64,000 bases of DNA from Candidatus Adiutrix sp. (GCA_031553735.1 JAVBLB010000007.1:30348-94347), one strand, 5' to 3'. Numbered from the stretch's first letter, positions 6,874 to 15,509 are shown. The notes: a model not told the origin generated them from the sequence alone. A program made the numbers and translations.

Positions 6874-8973
6874 TCACCAGCCGCCCAGGCGGTCCACCGG
6901 CTGCACCGAGATTTCCGGCGTCAGCTCCTGGTAGGACAACACGGGCAGTTCGTAGAACTCGGCTTCGATCAGGCGGCGCAAATAGCGGCGGATGTCCATC
7001 GAGGCCAACAGCACCGGCTTCTGCTCCTGGGCCCGGTATTTGTCGGCCAGGGCCTGGACGGCGGCGATGATCCGCCGGCTGGTGTCCGGGTCCAGGGCCA
7101 GGAAGGCCCCGGCCGAGGTCTGGCGGATGGCCTTGCGCACAGCCTCCTCCACCTGGGGCTCCAGCAGAATGGCCGGCAACAGGTTCTGGCCCCCGGAATA
7201 CTGATAGCTGATCTGCCGCTTGAGGTTGCCCCGGACGTATTCCACCAGCATGATGGAATCCTTCTCCTTGGGGCTCCACTCGATCAGGGCCTCGAGAATG
7301 CCGCGCAGGTCGCGGATGGAGATGCGCTCCTGCACCAGGCGCTGGAGGATTTCGGCGATCCGCTGGACGGGCAGGAGCCGGGTGGCCTCCCGCACCAGGT
7401 CCGGGGCCCGCTCCTCCATCTTGTCCAGGAGGAATTTGGTCTCCTGAAGGCCCAGAAAGCTCCCCGCGTGGCGGGCCAGCACCAGAGAAAGGTGGTAGGC
7501 CAGAATGCGGGAGTGGGTCATGAACCCCAGGCCGGCCTTGGCCAGCACCGGCCCCTGGCTCTCCGGCAGCCAGCGGGAGGCCAGGCCCGGGATGAATTTC
7601 TGGCCCTCTTCGGCGGTCAGACCCAAAAGAGCCAGATTTTCCTGGCTCTCGGTGACCAGGATGCGGCCGGCCGCCAGTTCCCCCCGGGAAACGGGGATTT
7701 CGTTGAGCTGCAACACGTAGGCCAGGCCCGGCAGCCCCGGGTTGGGCCGGATGTTGATGCCCGGAAACGGCACCCCCAGGTCGAAATACAGGGCCCGGCG
7801 CAGAGCGGCCAGATCCTCGTTGAGGCTTTCGTAGCTCAGGCTTTCGATGAGGGCTGGCGAGAGGTCGAGGATGATGGGCACCACCGGGGCGAACTCCTCG
7901 CGCGGCTGGCCGGGCCGGGCCGGGGTTTTGCGGGTTTCGGCCGCCGGGGTCAGGGTCCGGGCCAGCTGTTTTTCATAATCCGGCTCGTCCTGAACCCGGC
8001 TGAGGTAGTTGAGCGTCCGGCCGACGACCAGGAGAAAGGCGGCCAGGGCGAACAGCTGGGGCTTGGGAAAGCCGGGGACCAGGGCGAAGATGAAGACCAG
8101 GGCCCCGGCCACGGTCAAAGCCTTGGGCTGGGCGAAAATCTGGCCGCCGATCTGGGCCCCGACGTTGTCGGTCTCGTCCCCGGAGCGGGTGATGAGAATG
8201 CCGGCGGAAATGGCGATCAACAGCGACGGGATCTGGGAGACCAGGCCGTCGCCGATGGTCAGGATGCCGTAGAGCTGGAGGGCCTGCCCGGCGGTCAGGC
8301 CGTTTTGCAGCACCCCGATGAGGGTGCCGCCGGTGATGTTGACCACGGCGATGATCAGGCCGGCGATGCTGTCGCCCTTGACGAACTTCATGGCCCCGTC
8401 CATGGCCCCGTACATGGAGCTTTCAGCGCTGACGCTCTCGCGCCGCCGCTGGGCCTCGGCCATGTCGATTACCCCGGCCCGGAGGTCGGCGTCGATGGAC
8501 ATTTGCTTGCCGGGCATGGCGTCGAGGGTGAAGCGGGCCCCCACCTCGGCCACCCGCTCGGCCCCCTTGGCGATGACCAGGAACTGGACGATGGTCAGGA
8601 TGGTGAAGACCACCGCCCCGACGATGAAGTTGCCCCCCACCGCGAATTCCCCAAAGGTGAAAATGATCTCCCCGGCGTCGGCCTGGAGGAGAATCAGGCG
8701 GGTGGTGGCGATGTTCAGGCCCACCCGGAACAGGGTGGTGAAGAGCAGCACTGTGGGGAAGGCGGAAAAGTCCAGGGCCTTGCGCACATACATGGTCATC
8801 ATCAGAATCAGAAAGGAGACGGCCAGGTTGGCTCCGATCAGGGCGTCGATCAAAAAGGTGGGCAGCGGCAGGATCATCAGGGCGATGACCGCCACCATCA
8901 GGGCCACCAGGGTCAGATCGTTGTGGCGGGTGAAAAGCCCCACCGTGTTCCGCACGTTGGCCATCAGGCTCAT
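6874..8973 (-). CDS. sctV: T3SS export-gate major subunit SctV (YscV/LcrD/InvA/FlhA family)
   Basis: 699 aa from the ATG at 8971-8973 (RBS GGGGGAGG upstream; ATGA overlap with sctY). Motifs: MSLMANVRNTVG..., FPTVLLFTTLFRVGLNIATTRLIL, GARFTLDAMPGKQMSIDADLRAG. The 105-aa N-terminal extension in the track ORF is low-complexity and was rejected. Confidence 0.92.
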   Translation of the reverse strand: MSLMANVRNTVGLFTRHNDLTLVALMVAVIALMILPLPTFLIDALIGANLAVSFLILMMTMYVRKALDFSAFPTVLLFTTLFRVGLNIATTRLILLQADAGEIIFTFGEFAVGGNFIVGAVVFTILTIVQFLVIAKGAERVAEVGARFTLDAMPGKQMSIDADLRAGVIDMAEAQRRRESVSAESSMYGAMDGAMKFVKGDSIAGLIIAVVNITGGTLIGVLQNGLTAGQALQLYGILTIGDGLVSQIPSLLIAISAGILITRSGDETDNVGAQIGGQIFAQPKALTVAGALVFIFALVPGFPKPQLFALAAFLLVVGRTLNYLSRVQDEPDYEKQLARTLTPAAETRKTPARPGQPREEFAPVVPIILDLSPALIESLSYESLNEDLAALRRALYFDLGVPFPGINIRPNPGLPGLAYVLQLNEIPVSRGELAAGRILVTESQENLALLGLTAEEGQKFIPGLASRWLPESQGPVLAKAGLGFMTHSRILAYHLSLVLARHAGSFLGLQETKFLLDKMEERAPDLVREATRLLPVQRIAEILQRLVQERISIRDLRGILEALIEWSPKEKDSIMLVEYVRGNLKRQISYQYSGGQNLLPAILLEPQVEEAVRKAIRQTSAGAFLALDPDTSRRIIAAVQALADKYRAQEQKPVLLASMDIRRYLRRLIEAEFYELPVLSYQELTPEISVQPVDRLGGW

Positions 8974-9323
8974 GGGCCGGCCTCCCCCGGGGCGGAAGCG
9001 GCGGCCAGGTATTCGGCCATCACCGCTTCGGCCTCCCCGGCCCGGCCCAGACCTCGCAGAGCCTGGGCCGTCATCAGCCGCAGGTGGCTCCCCACGCCGG
9101 CCTCCGGCCGGTCCAGATATTCCAGGGCGGCGGCCCAGTCGCCCCGGCCCAGGGCCGCCGCCGCCAGGCTGGCGGCCCCGGTCCCGTCCCCGGGCCGGAT
9201 GGCGGCCAGGGCCTTGAAGAGCCGCTCGGCCCGCTCCCAGTCCCCCAGGCGCAGATACAGAAATCCCAGCACCGACAGGGCCGTCCACTGGCCGTCATCC
9301 AGGCGGGGTTCGTCGGCGGCCAT
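8970..9323 (-). CDS. sctY: TPR-like T3SS chaperone SctY (YscY-like)
   Basis: 117 aa, located between the sctX-like gene and sctV as in Yersinia yscX-yscY-yscV. The TPR-like segment SVLGFLYLRLGDWERAERLFKALAAIRPG parallels YscY LLNGWLQLQCGHAERACILLDALLTLNPE (from memory). Confidence 0.65.
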   Translation of the reverse strand: MAADEPRLDDGQWTALSVLGFLYLRLGDWERAERLFKALAAIRPGDGTGAASLAAAALGRGDWAAALEYLDRPEAGVGSHLRLMTAQALRGLGRAGEAEAVMAEYLAAASAPGEAGP

Positions 9324-9325
9324 GT

Positions 9326-9688
9326 TCAGCCTCCCACCATCAGGCCGGTGTAGGCCGCCAGCAACTGGTGGTCTTCCAGAAGCGGCCCCAAATCGTCGTG
9401 CACGAACCGGCGGACATCAGGGTGGCGGGAACCCCGCAGCGCGGCCAGGGCGCTTTCGAGATGGCGGTTCAAGAGGTCCGGCCGCAGCAGCTCCTCATCA
9501 GGCACCCGGGGCTTCAAGCCGGCCAGGACCAAATGGCGGCAGGTGGGCAGACGGTACAGCTCGGCCAGGCCGGTCTCCGCGGCCTCGGCCTGGGCCAGGG
9601 CCCGGGGCCGGGGCAGACGGACGCCCTCGGCCTGGGGCGGCAGGACATTCTGGACCCCCAGATGAGGATCGAGGAGATTCACAGTCAT
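9326..9688 (-). CDS. sctX: T3SS early substrate SctX (YscX-like)
   Basis: 120 aa (YscX is 122 aa). The N-terminal LLDPHLGVQNVL matches YscX ITAPHIGIEKL. Position is upstream of the sctY-like gene. Confidence 0.6.
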   Translation of the reverse strand: MTVNLLDPHLGVQNVLPPQAEGVRLPRPRALAQAEAAETGLAELYRLPTCRHLVLAGLKPRVPDEELLRPDLLNRHLESALAALRGSRHPDVRRFVHDDLGPLLEDHQLLAAYTGLMVGG

Positions 9689-9723
9689 AACCAGTCCCCC
9701 TTTACATTGACCACCGGGCGGCC

Positions 9724-10092
9724 TTATTCGCCGACCCGGATGGCCGCCATTTCCCGCAGCAGAAAATCGGCGGCCCGCTCCAGCTCCCCGGCCGTCACCC
9801 GCGCCGCAGCCAGGCGGGTCAACAGCAACAGGCTATCCCCGGCCAGGCCGCAGGTCAGCGGAAAAGCCGGAGCCAATTCGAAACCCGTCCGGGCCAGGGC
9901 TCGCGGCAGGGTTTCCCGGTCATACGGCGGCAGCGGCGCGGCCAGATAGAGCCACAGCTCCTCCGTCCCCCGTTCCATAAAGAGCCGGCCCGCGCCCTCG
10001 ATCTCCAGGGCCAGCGGACCCCGGTCGGGCAGGGTCGCTGGTCCCAGGCCCAGGCGGCGGCTGAATTCGCTGATTTCCCGGTCCATGGTCAT
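9724..10092 (-). CDS. class-I T3SS chaperone, SycN-like (gatekeeper chaperone)
   Basis: 122-aa acidic protein. It follows the gatekeeper gene with a 4-nt overlap, as sycN does in Yersinia. Typical CesT/SycN-like length and pattern (..LALEIEGAGRLFMERGTEELWLYLAAPL..). Confidence 0.6.
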   Translation of the reverse strand: MTMDREISEFSRRLGLGPATLPDRGPLALEIEGAGRLFMERGTEELWLYLAAPLPPYDRETLPRALARTGFELAPAFPLTCGLAGDSLLLLTRLAAARVTAGELERAADFLLREMAAIRVGE

Positions 10093-11216
10093 TCCTCCAG
10101 CGACGCCAGGTAGGCGTCTTCCCGGGCGATGGCCGCGTCCAGGGCTTCCTGAACCGCGCCGATGAATTTCGTCCGGTTATCCGGGCCGTCGAAAAGCTGG
10201 GGGCTGAAAGAGCGGGCCGTGGCCAGAAACTCCTGCAGGAACAGCACCTCCCGCTCCAGGTCCGGCGGCCGGGCCCGGCTGGTCAGGGCTTCCAGGCGGG
10301 TCTGGGGCAGATAGCTTTCCCGGCCCAGAGTTATGACCTCCCGCAGCAAAACCAGGGGGGTCAGATCGCCGCCGCTGGCCCCGTGGACCCGGGACCAGCG
10401 GTCCAGGAGCCGTTCGTTCAGGGCGTGGGCGCTTTTGAGAGTCCGCACCTGGCCCAGGCCCCGGCCCACGATTTCCAACTGAGCTTTTTCCGGGCCGTCG
10501 CCGGCCGCGTTCAAGTCGCCGGCCAGGGCTTTCATCAGGAAATCCAGGGCTTCATCGAAACGGTCCGGCCCGTATTTTTCCAAAATATGCTCCAGCATGT
10601 CCACCGCGTCGCGGAAATCGCAGGCGACCTGTTGATAGCTTTCGCCCAGGGCCAAAGGCGGTCCCAGCTCGGGATGATCCAGGGCGGCCAGAGCCCCTTC
10701 CAGGCCGGCCCGGATGCGGGCGCCCTCGCGAGCTTCCAGAGAGGCCAGGGCCCCTTCGACCGCCTGAAGGGCTTCCGCCGGCACGCCTTCGCCTTCCATC
10801 TCTTCCTGGACCGATTTTAGGGCGGCCCAGGCCTGGGCGGGGTCGGGAAAGTATTCCCGGGCCTTTTCCAGGGCCGCGTCGGCCTCGCGGTTGGTTTGCA
10901 GGAAACGGCGCAGCAGCCCGAGCCGGTCTTTCAGCCCCTGTTGCCGCCACATCAGCTCCTGGTAGAATTTCACTTTTTCCAGAAGCCCTTTATGTTTGGC
11001 GGCTTCTTTCTGCGGCCGTTCCTTGAGCTCCAGTTCCTCGGTATTGTCCACGGCGAAGGTCAACTCCTCGGCCGCGTCACTCAACAGCGACTGGGGGGAC
11101 GGGGCTTCCCGCACCTGATGGCCGGACAGACGCCCCACCCGGGCGGCGCTTTCCGGCCCGGACTCGGCGGCCAGGCCGCGAGCGGGAAATTGAGTGACGA
11201 CAAAATCAGTGGCCAT
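10089..11216 (-). CDS. sctW: T3SS gatekeeper SctW (YopN/TyeA fused, MxiC/InvE/CopN family)
   Basis: 375 aa. HrpJ-like region (LSDAAEELTFAVDNTEELE..., ..ALEKAREYFPDPAQAWAALKSV..) plus a TyeA-like C-terminus (EVLFLQEFLATARSFSPQLFDGPDNRTKFIGAVQEALDAAI). It is followed by sycN/sctX/sctY/sctV-like genes. Confidence 0.8.
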   Translation of the reverse strand: MATDFVVTQFPARGLAAESGPESAARVGRLSGHQVREAPSPQSLLSDAAEELTFAVDNTEELELKERPQKEAAKHKGLLEKVKFYQELMWRQQGLKDRLGLLRRFLQTNREADAALEKAREYFPDPAQAWAALKSVQEEMEGEGVPAEALQAVEGALASLEAREGARIRAGLEGALAALDHPELGPPLALGESYQQVACDFRDAVDMLEHILEKYGPDRFDEALDFLMKALAGDLNAAGDGPEKAQLEIVGRGLGQVRTLKSAHALNERLLDRWSRVHGASGGDLTPLVLLREVITLGRESYLPQTRLEALTSRARPPDLEREVLFLQEFLATARSFSPQLFDGPDNRTKFIGAVQEALDAAIAREDAYLASLEE

Positions 11217-11245
11217 AACGCCCTCTCCTTTTTCAACCGGAGAAC

Positions 11246-11261
11246 AGCAATAACCCGGCCA
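11246..11261 (-). promoter_or_regulatory. sigma-54 (-24/-12) promoter candidate for the sctW operon
   Basis: The reverse complement reads TGGCCGGGTTATTGCT, with GG-N10-GC spacing and a TTGCT -12 element. It lies about 30 nt upstream of the sctW ATG (11216), with the RBS AAAGGAGAG in between. Confidence 0.6.
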
Positions 11262-11451
11262 TTTCCCCTATCGGAATTGGCGAACCACAAGATATTGATT
11301 TGACTTGGGAACAATTTGAAAATCGGAAACCGCCAACCAAGTTGGCGGTCACCTCGCCCACGTTGTTGTCGGCAGCAAGCGGCCTGGAGAGGCTTTTCCT
11401 CGCAAGTTTTTTACGGTCCCGGCCCAGTCCAACGGGCCACAAGCAAATCTC

Positions 11452-11560
11452 TTTATTACTCCGGCAACTAAATAAGTCACACTCGCGAGTTCGCCAAAGC
11501 CCGAAATCGCTGGACTTGGCCGTCCGAGAATCGACTTCGTCAGCTGCCGGGTTAATAATA
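11452..11560 (+). repeat. 109-bp hairpin-ended (MITE-like or structured-RNA) element, copy 1
   Basis: Identical except for 3 substitutions to 42472-42580, in the same orientation. The ends form an imperfect inverted repeat (TTATTACTCCGGCAAC ... GCTGCCGGGTTAATAA). No ORF. Confidence 0.8.
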
Positions 11561-11766
11561 TAAATTATAAAACGGAACACTGGATTACGCATCGTCGGAA
11601 AAGACGATATTGCCGCTAAAGTTTTATTTTTATAACTGAAACAAGGTTAAGGATGTCATAAACGGGTCAGGCATGTTAAAATAGACCCGAAAAAATAAAG
11701 CTTCGAATCAGCGGCCGGCCGGGCCTATTGGTTTTTTAATCCAACCAGGCGGTATGGCGCATAAAA

Positions 11767-14262
11767 GTGGTGAATAAAATTACCAGCCAACACAACAGAA
11801 AACCACCGGGCCACCAGGTGGCGGCCACCGATCCTCATTATTTTTCCGGCCGCCTCCAGCGGAAGCTGGCTCAGCTTCACGATTTTCCGGCCGCGGTGAT
11901 CGAAGCGCCGTCCGGCTGCGGCAAAACCACCGCCGTGCGGGATTACCTGGCGGCGGCCGCTCCCCGAAGTGCGAACGTCCGCTGGTTCACCGCCGTGGAC
12001 GAAGCGCCCGGGGCGGGTTATAGGCGGCTATGCCATGAAATAGAAAAAATTGACGGCCGGGCCGGCGGACGTTTACTAAAAATCGGCCTCCCCAACGCCT
12101 TTACCCTCGGAGAAACCTGCGAGGTGCTGCGCTCCCTCGAGTGCCGACGTGCGGCCTGGCTGGTGATTGACGATTTCCAGCTGCTGGAGCCGGGCCTGCC
12201 GCCCGCTTTTTTGGCCGCTCTCTTTGGCCACGCCGCCCCGAAACTGCATGTTGTCGTGGTAACGCGGACGCTGGGGCGGGATCTTCAGGCGGCGATCGCC
12301 GGTTTCAGGTTTTTGCGGATCACCGCCGCCGATCTGCGGTTGGATGACGAGGACATTCGCCGCTACTTCGCCCTGGCCGGGGCCGACCTGACCCCCGAGG
12401 AAGCCCGGCAGGTTCTGCGCCATACAGACGGCTGGATCATCGCCGTTTATCTGCAACTCCGCTCTTTTCAGGAAACCGGGGCCTTGTCGAGCGCGCCCAC
12501 CCTGCCGCTCATGGAACGGCTGGTTTGGGACCGGCTGACTGACCAACAGCGGGACTTTTTCCTGCGCCTGTCCCCCTTTGAAAGCGCCACGGCCCGGCAG
12601 ATGTGCGCTTTGCTGGGCCGCGACGCCCTGCCCGAATACGCGCTGGAAGCCCTGTCCGGCCCGTTCATCCGCTATGATCCCGCCGCGCGGCGGTATGAGC
12701 CCCATAGCCTGCTGCTCGAACTGGTGACCGGAAAACGCCTGGAACGGGGCCTCGAGTTCGAGACCGAATGCTTCCTGCGGGCCGGCGATCTCCGCCGCGC
12801 CGAAGGCCGGATCGCGGAAGCGCTGAAATTCTACCTGGAGATAAAAGCCTATGACCGGATGCTCTCCCTGGACTTCTCGCCGGTAATTTTTGGTGAAATC
12901 GGCCCGACCCCCTTTGCCCGGATCGCCCTGGACATCGCCGAACACTGCCCGGAGGAAATCAGGCGGGAGCATCCCCTGTCCATGCTGCGCATCGCCTGGG
13001 CGCTCAAGGCCGCCGGCCTGGAGTCCGCGTTCGGCGAGGTGATGGCGGAATTGGACGGCTGGCTGGATGAAAGCGACCCGTTGCGGGCGGAGTGGTTTTT
13101 ATTGTCCGCCTATAAGCATTTCCCGCATCTGGACCAAATGCTGCCCCTGGTCCGCCAGGCGGCGGCGCTGTTCAGCCAAGCCGGTTCGCAGGTGATTTTG
13201 CCGGATGCGCCTTGGGCTTTCGGCGGCTACTATCAACTGACCGAGTTCCATACCAAGGCGGGCCAGGCCGACCTGACGGCCGGGGTTTTCGACGAATTCA
13301 TCGCCCTCTATTCCCGGCTGACCGGCGGCCACGGCTGTGGGGCGGACGCGCTTTTCCGCGCGGAGCTGGCCCATCTGCGGGGCGATTTGACCGCCGCCGA
13401 GATATTGGCCCACAAGGCGGGCTTTCTGGCCGAAAGCAAACGCCAGAGCATCATCCAACTGGGCGCGGCCATGACCCTGGCCAATATCGCGCTTTTTCAG
13501 GCCGACGCCTCCGGCTGGCAACAGGCCGTCAATTCCATGGAGCGCGCCGCCGCCTATGCCGATCAGAACATATCCCTCACCCGCGCGGTGCTGGACACGG
13601 TTCGGGGCTCGCTTCTGGTGGAACTCAACAAGCCGGACCATATTGCCGATTGGCTGAAAAACAGGGATTTTCCAAGCAACCTGCTGGCCCCCATGGCCCT
13701 TAACGCCTTATACGTGCATGGCCTCTTCTTATTGCACCGGGGCGAATTGGGCCGCTTCATCGGCACACTCGAGGCCCTGCCGCCGGAGGTCGGCCGCCGG
13801 TCGGCCTATGCGGAGTTCAGCTTGCCGCTGCTTCAGGCCGCGGGTTATGCTTCCGCGGGCCAGCGCGAAAAGGCGGCCATGTATTTAGCCCGCGCCGCCT
13901 CCAAAGGCCTGCCCGACGGCTTTTTGATGCACTTCGCGGGCTATTCCCGGCTGTTTCCGGAACTTATCGAAGAATTGTTCGCCAGGGAATATCCACTGCT
14001 GCGCGATAAATTCACTGAGGTCAAGGCCCGGTTCGGCCTGGGCTGGGAAACGCTGCATAAGGCCGCGTCCCGGGGCGAACTGCCCGACGACCTGACCGCG
14101 CGGGAGCGCGAGATCGCGCTTTTGGCGGCCGAGGGTCTGCCCAACAATGAAATAGCGGATACACTGCGGGTGACGGAAAGCACGGTGCGCACCCACCTGC
14201 GCACGATATTCCAAAAACTGGACATTGATCGCCGGGCCAAGCTGGCCGGCAAGCTGAAATAA
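11767..14262 (+). CDS. MalT-like STAND ATPase / LuxR-family transcriptional regulator
   Basis: 831 aa. Walker A APSGCGKTT near the N-terminus, a long helical/TPR-like middle, and a C-terminal LuxR HTH (LTAREREIALLAAEGLPNNEIADTLRVTESTVRTHLRTIFQKLDI). GTG start as given in the track. Confidence 0.8.
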   Translation: MVNKITSQHNRKPPGHQVAATDPHYFSGRLQRKLAQLHDFPAAVIEAPSGCGKTTAVRDYLAAAAPRSANVRWFTAVDEAPGAGYRRLCHEIEKIDGRAGGRLLKIGLPNAFTLGETCEVLRSLECRRAAWLVIDDFQLLEPGLPPAFLAALFGHAAPKLHVVVVTRTLGRDLQAAIAGFRFLRITAADLRLDDEDIRRYFALAGADLTPEEARQVLRHTDGWIIAVYLQLRSFQETGALSSAPTLPLMERLVWDRLTDQQRDFFLRLSPFESATARQMCALLGRDALPEYALEALSGPFIRYDPAARRYEPHSLLLELVTGKRLERGLEFETECFLRAGDLRRAEGRIAEALKFYLEIKAYDRMLSLDFSPVIFGEIGPTPFARIALDIAEHCPEEIRREHPLSMLRIAWALKAAGLESAFGEVMAELDGWLDESDPLRAEWFLLSAYKHFPHLDQMLPLVRQAAALFSQAGSQVILPDAPWAFGGYYQLTEFHTKAGQADLTAGVFDEFIALYSRLTGGHGCGADALFRAELAHLRGDLTAAEILAHKAGFLAESKRQSIIQLGAAMTLANIALFQADASGWQQAVNSMERAAAYADQNISLTRAVLDTVRGSLLVELNKPDHIADWLKNRDFPSNLLAPMALNALYVHGLFLLHRGELGRFIGTLEALPPEVGRRSAYAEFSLPLLQAAGYASAGQREKAAMYLARAASKGLPDGFLMHFAGYSRLFPELIEELFAREYPLLRDKFTEVKARFGLGWETLHKAASRGELPDDLTAREREIALLAAEGLPNNEIADTLRVTESTVRTHLRTIFQKLDIDRRAKLAGKLK

Positions 14263-14276
14263 GGAGCTGAGCGAGG

Positions 14277-14807
14277 ATGGACGGGAGGGGGAGGCGTTCT
14301 CAAGGGAAGCTCGGCCTGGCCCGGCCGGTAGAAAGCTTTATCCGCCGGACCGGGGTGACGGCGGGGCTCTTCAACTTCGTCCTGAACCCGCTCCTGGCCT
14401 GGCTCGGCAACCGGTCCAGGGCGGAGGTGCCGCTGACCGGGGCTGGCTCGGCCGCCGTGGATACGGTCATCACCTGCCTGATCCTTTCGTTTCTGGTGAC
14501 CCTGTTCATCTCCGCCGACACCCGGCGCGCCCTCAGAACCGGAACCCTCGAAACAGGCGGCCGGCTTCCCCGGACGGGGCCTCTACTGGGCCGCCTGCCC
14601 GGCCGCCCCTGGCAGCTCGGTCTTATTCTGGGTCTGGTCGCCGCTCTGGTCGTCACCGCCGGTCTCGTCGGATTATCCGCCGCCTTCGGGGTGACCTCGT
14701 TTCCGTTTCTCGCTTTTGCTCTGCTCAAGGCGGGGTACACGCCGCTCTTGGCCTATGTCGTGGCTCGATGGGTTATTCTGCGGCAATTGACCGCGGCCGC
14801 CGCCTGA
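14277..14807 (+). CDS. hypothetical membrane protein (about 4 TM segments)
   Basis: 176 aa. RBS AAGGAG upstream. Hydrophobic segments present, GC content typical of the host, 15 nt downstream of the LuxR gene. I recognise no family. Confidence 0.5.
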   Translation: MDGRGRRSQGKLGLARPVESFIRRTGVTAGLFNFVLNPLLAWLGNRSRAEVPLTGAGSAAVDTVITCLILSFLVTLFISADTRRALRTGTLETGGRLPRTGPLLGRLPGRPWQLGLILGLVAALVVTAGLVGLSAAFGVTSFPFLAFALLKAGYTPLLAYVVARWVILRQLTAAAA

Positions 14808-15392
14808 GGAGAAGCGCTGGCGGCTAGGCTTGGCTGATCATCAACGAAGGTCGCACGGTATGCTCAACCCCGGGCTTTTGGGTTCAATCCGACGCGGTTG
14901 TCAGGCGAATGAACGCCATGAGCGGGGTTCATGTGCGGTAAGGTGACAAGGCGGCCGGCATTTCGGTCTCGGCAAAAGACGCTGTCCGCCAAATAGCCGG
15001 AGAGTTGAATCGAATATTAAAACTGAACATCCCAAGCCTGTCGGCGCTGGAAACAGACACCTCTATCGGTTCAAGAGTTCTTTTCACTTGACCAGCCTGG
15101 CTTCGCCGCTGACCAGACCGTCAGCGAAGTGGAAAAACCAAGGGTCTTGAAACCATTTCATTGCATTGACGCGCGAGCCGACGATATTGACATTTCACAA
15201 GCGTTCATGGATAATTAGAACATATCACAAAGTCGATGATCGACAATCATCAGCCCTGAATTTTTGCTCCAAATATGCTCCACTGGAGTTGGTAAAAAAA
15301 CGACTTTTCATGAATACCCATGAATCACCATCTGTTTGATTTTAAAAGGCATGTAGCCATAACTACTTGAATCTATTTGCCACAAATAGAGA

Positions 15393-15437
15393 TTTGTAAT
15401 CCGGCGGTTGCGGGTTCGATTCCCATCGCCAGCTCCA
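15393..15437 (+). other. 3' fragment of a tRNA-Thr(UGU)-like gene (anticodon loop to CCA), att-site-like remnant
   Basis: TTTGTAA|TCCGG|CGGTT|GCGGG|TTCGATT|CCCAT|CGCCAGC|T|CCA fits tRNA numbering from the anticodon loop (UGU) through the T-arm and acceptor 3' strand, with one T-stem mismatch. The upstream sequence cannot form the anticodon stem, D-arm or acceptor 5' strand. A GACAAGGG/CCCTTGTC hairpin follows at 15443-15479. Confidence 0.6.
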
Positions 15438-15509
15438 ATAATGACAAGGGTTTCAGTGTTTTCAACTGAGCCCCTTGTCGACTCATTGACCCGGTGATTA
15501 AACATATTC

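Noticed and set aside
8974-9288. N-terminal 105-aa extension of the sctV ORF, and the analogous 139-aa extension of the sctS ORF at 6863-7279
   Set aside because: The extensions are Gly/Pro/Arg low-complexity and overlap the upstream genes. Internal ATGs (8973, 6862) have RBSs and give products whose N-termini match the families.
7468-9690. 740-aa plus-strand ORF opposite sctV/sctY/sctX. Similar very long ORFs: 2226-3797(+), 23327-24751(-), 25191-26813(-), 26941-28938(-), 28982-31609(-), 33152-35131(-), 42886-45009(+), 53034-55256(+), 58994-60892(+), 61132-63144(+).
   Set aside because: These are shadow ORFs antisense to genes with unmistakable family motifs. Their translations are Gly/Arg/Pro/Ala/His/Gln-rich low-complexity strings with no motifs or RBS, as expected from stop-codon depletion in high-GC DNA.
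14814-15437. GCTGGCG at 14814 is complementary to the acceptor 3' strand CGCCAGC of the tRNA fragment. I considered an intron-containing tRNA or a tmRNA-like gene spanning 624 nt.
   Set aside because: The sequence after 14820 cannot form a D-arm or anticodon stem. The acceptor lacks the G3:U70 needed for tmRNA. A 7-mer match within 600 nt is not unlikely by chance.
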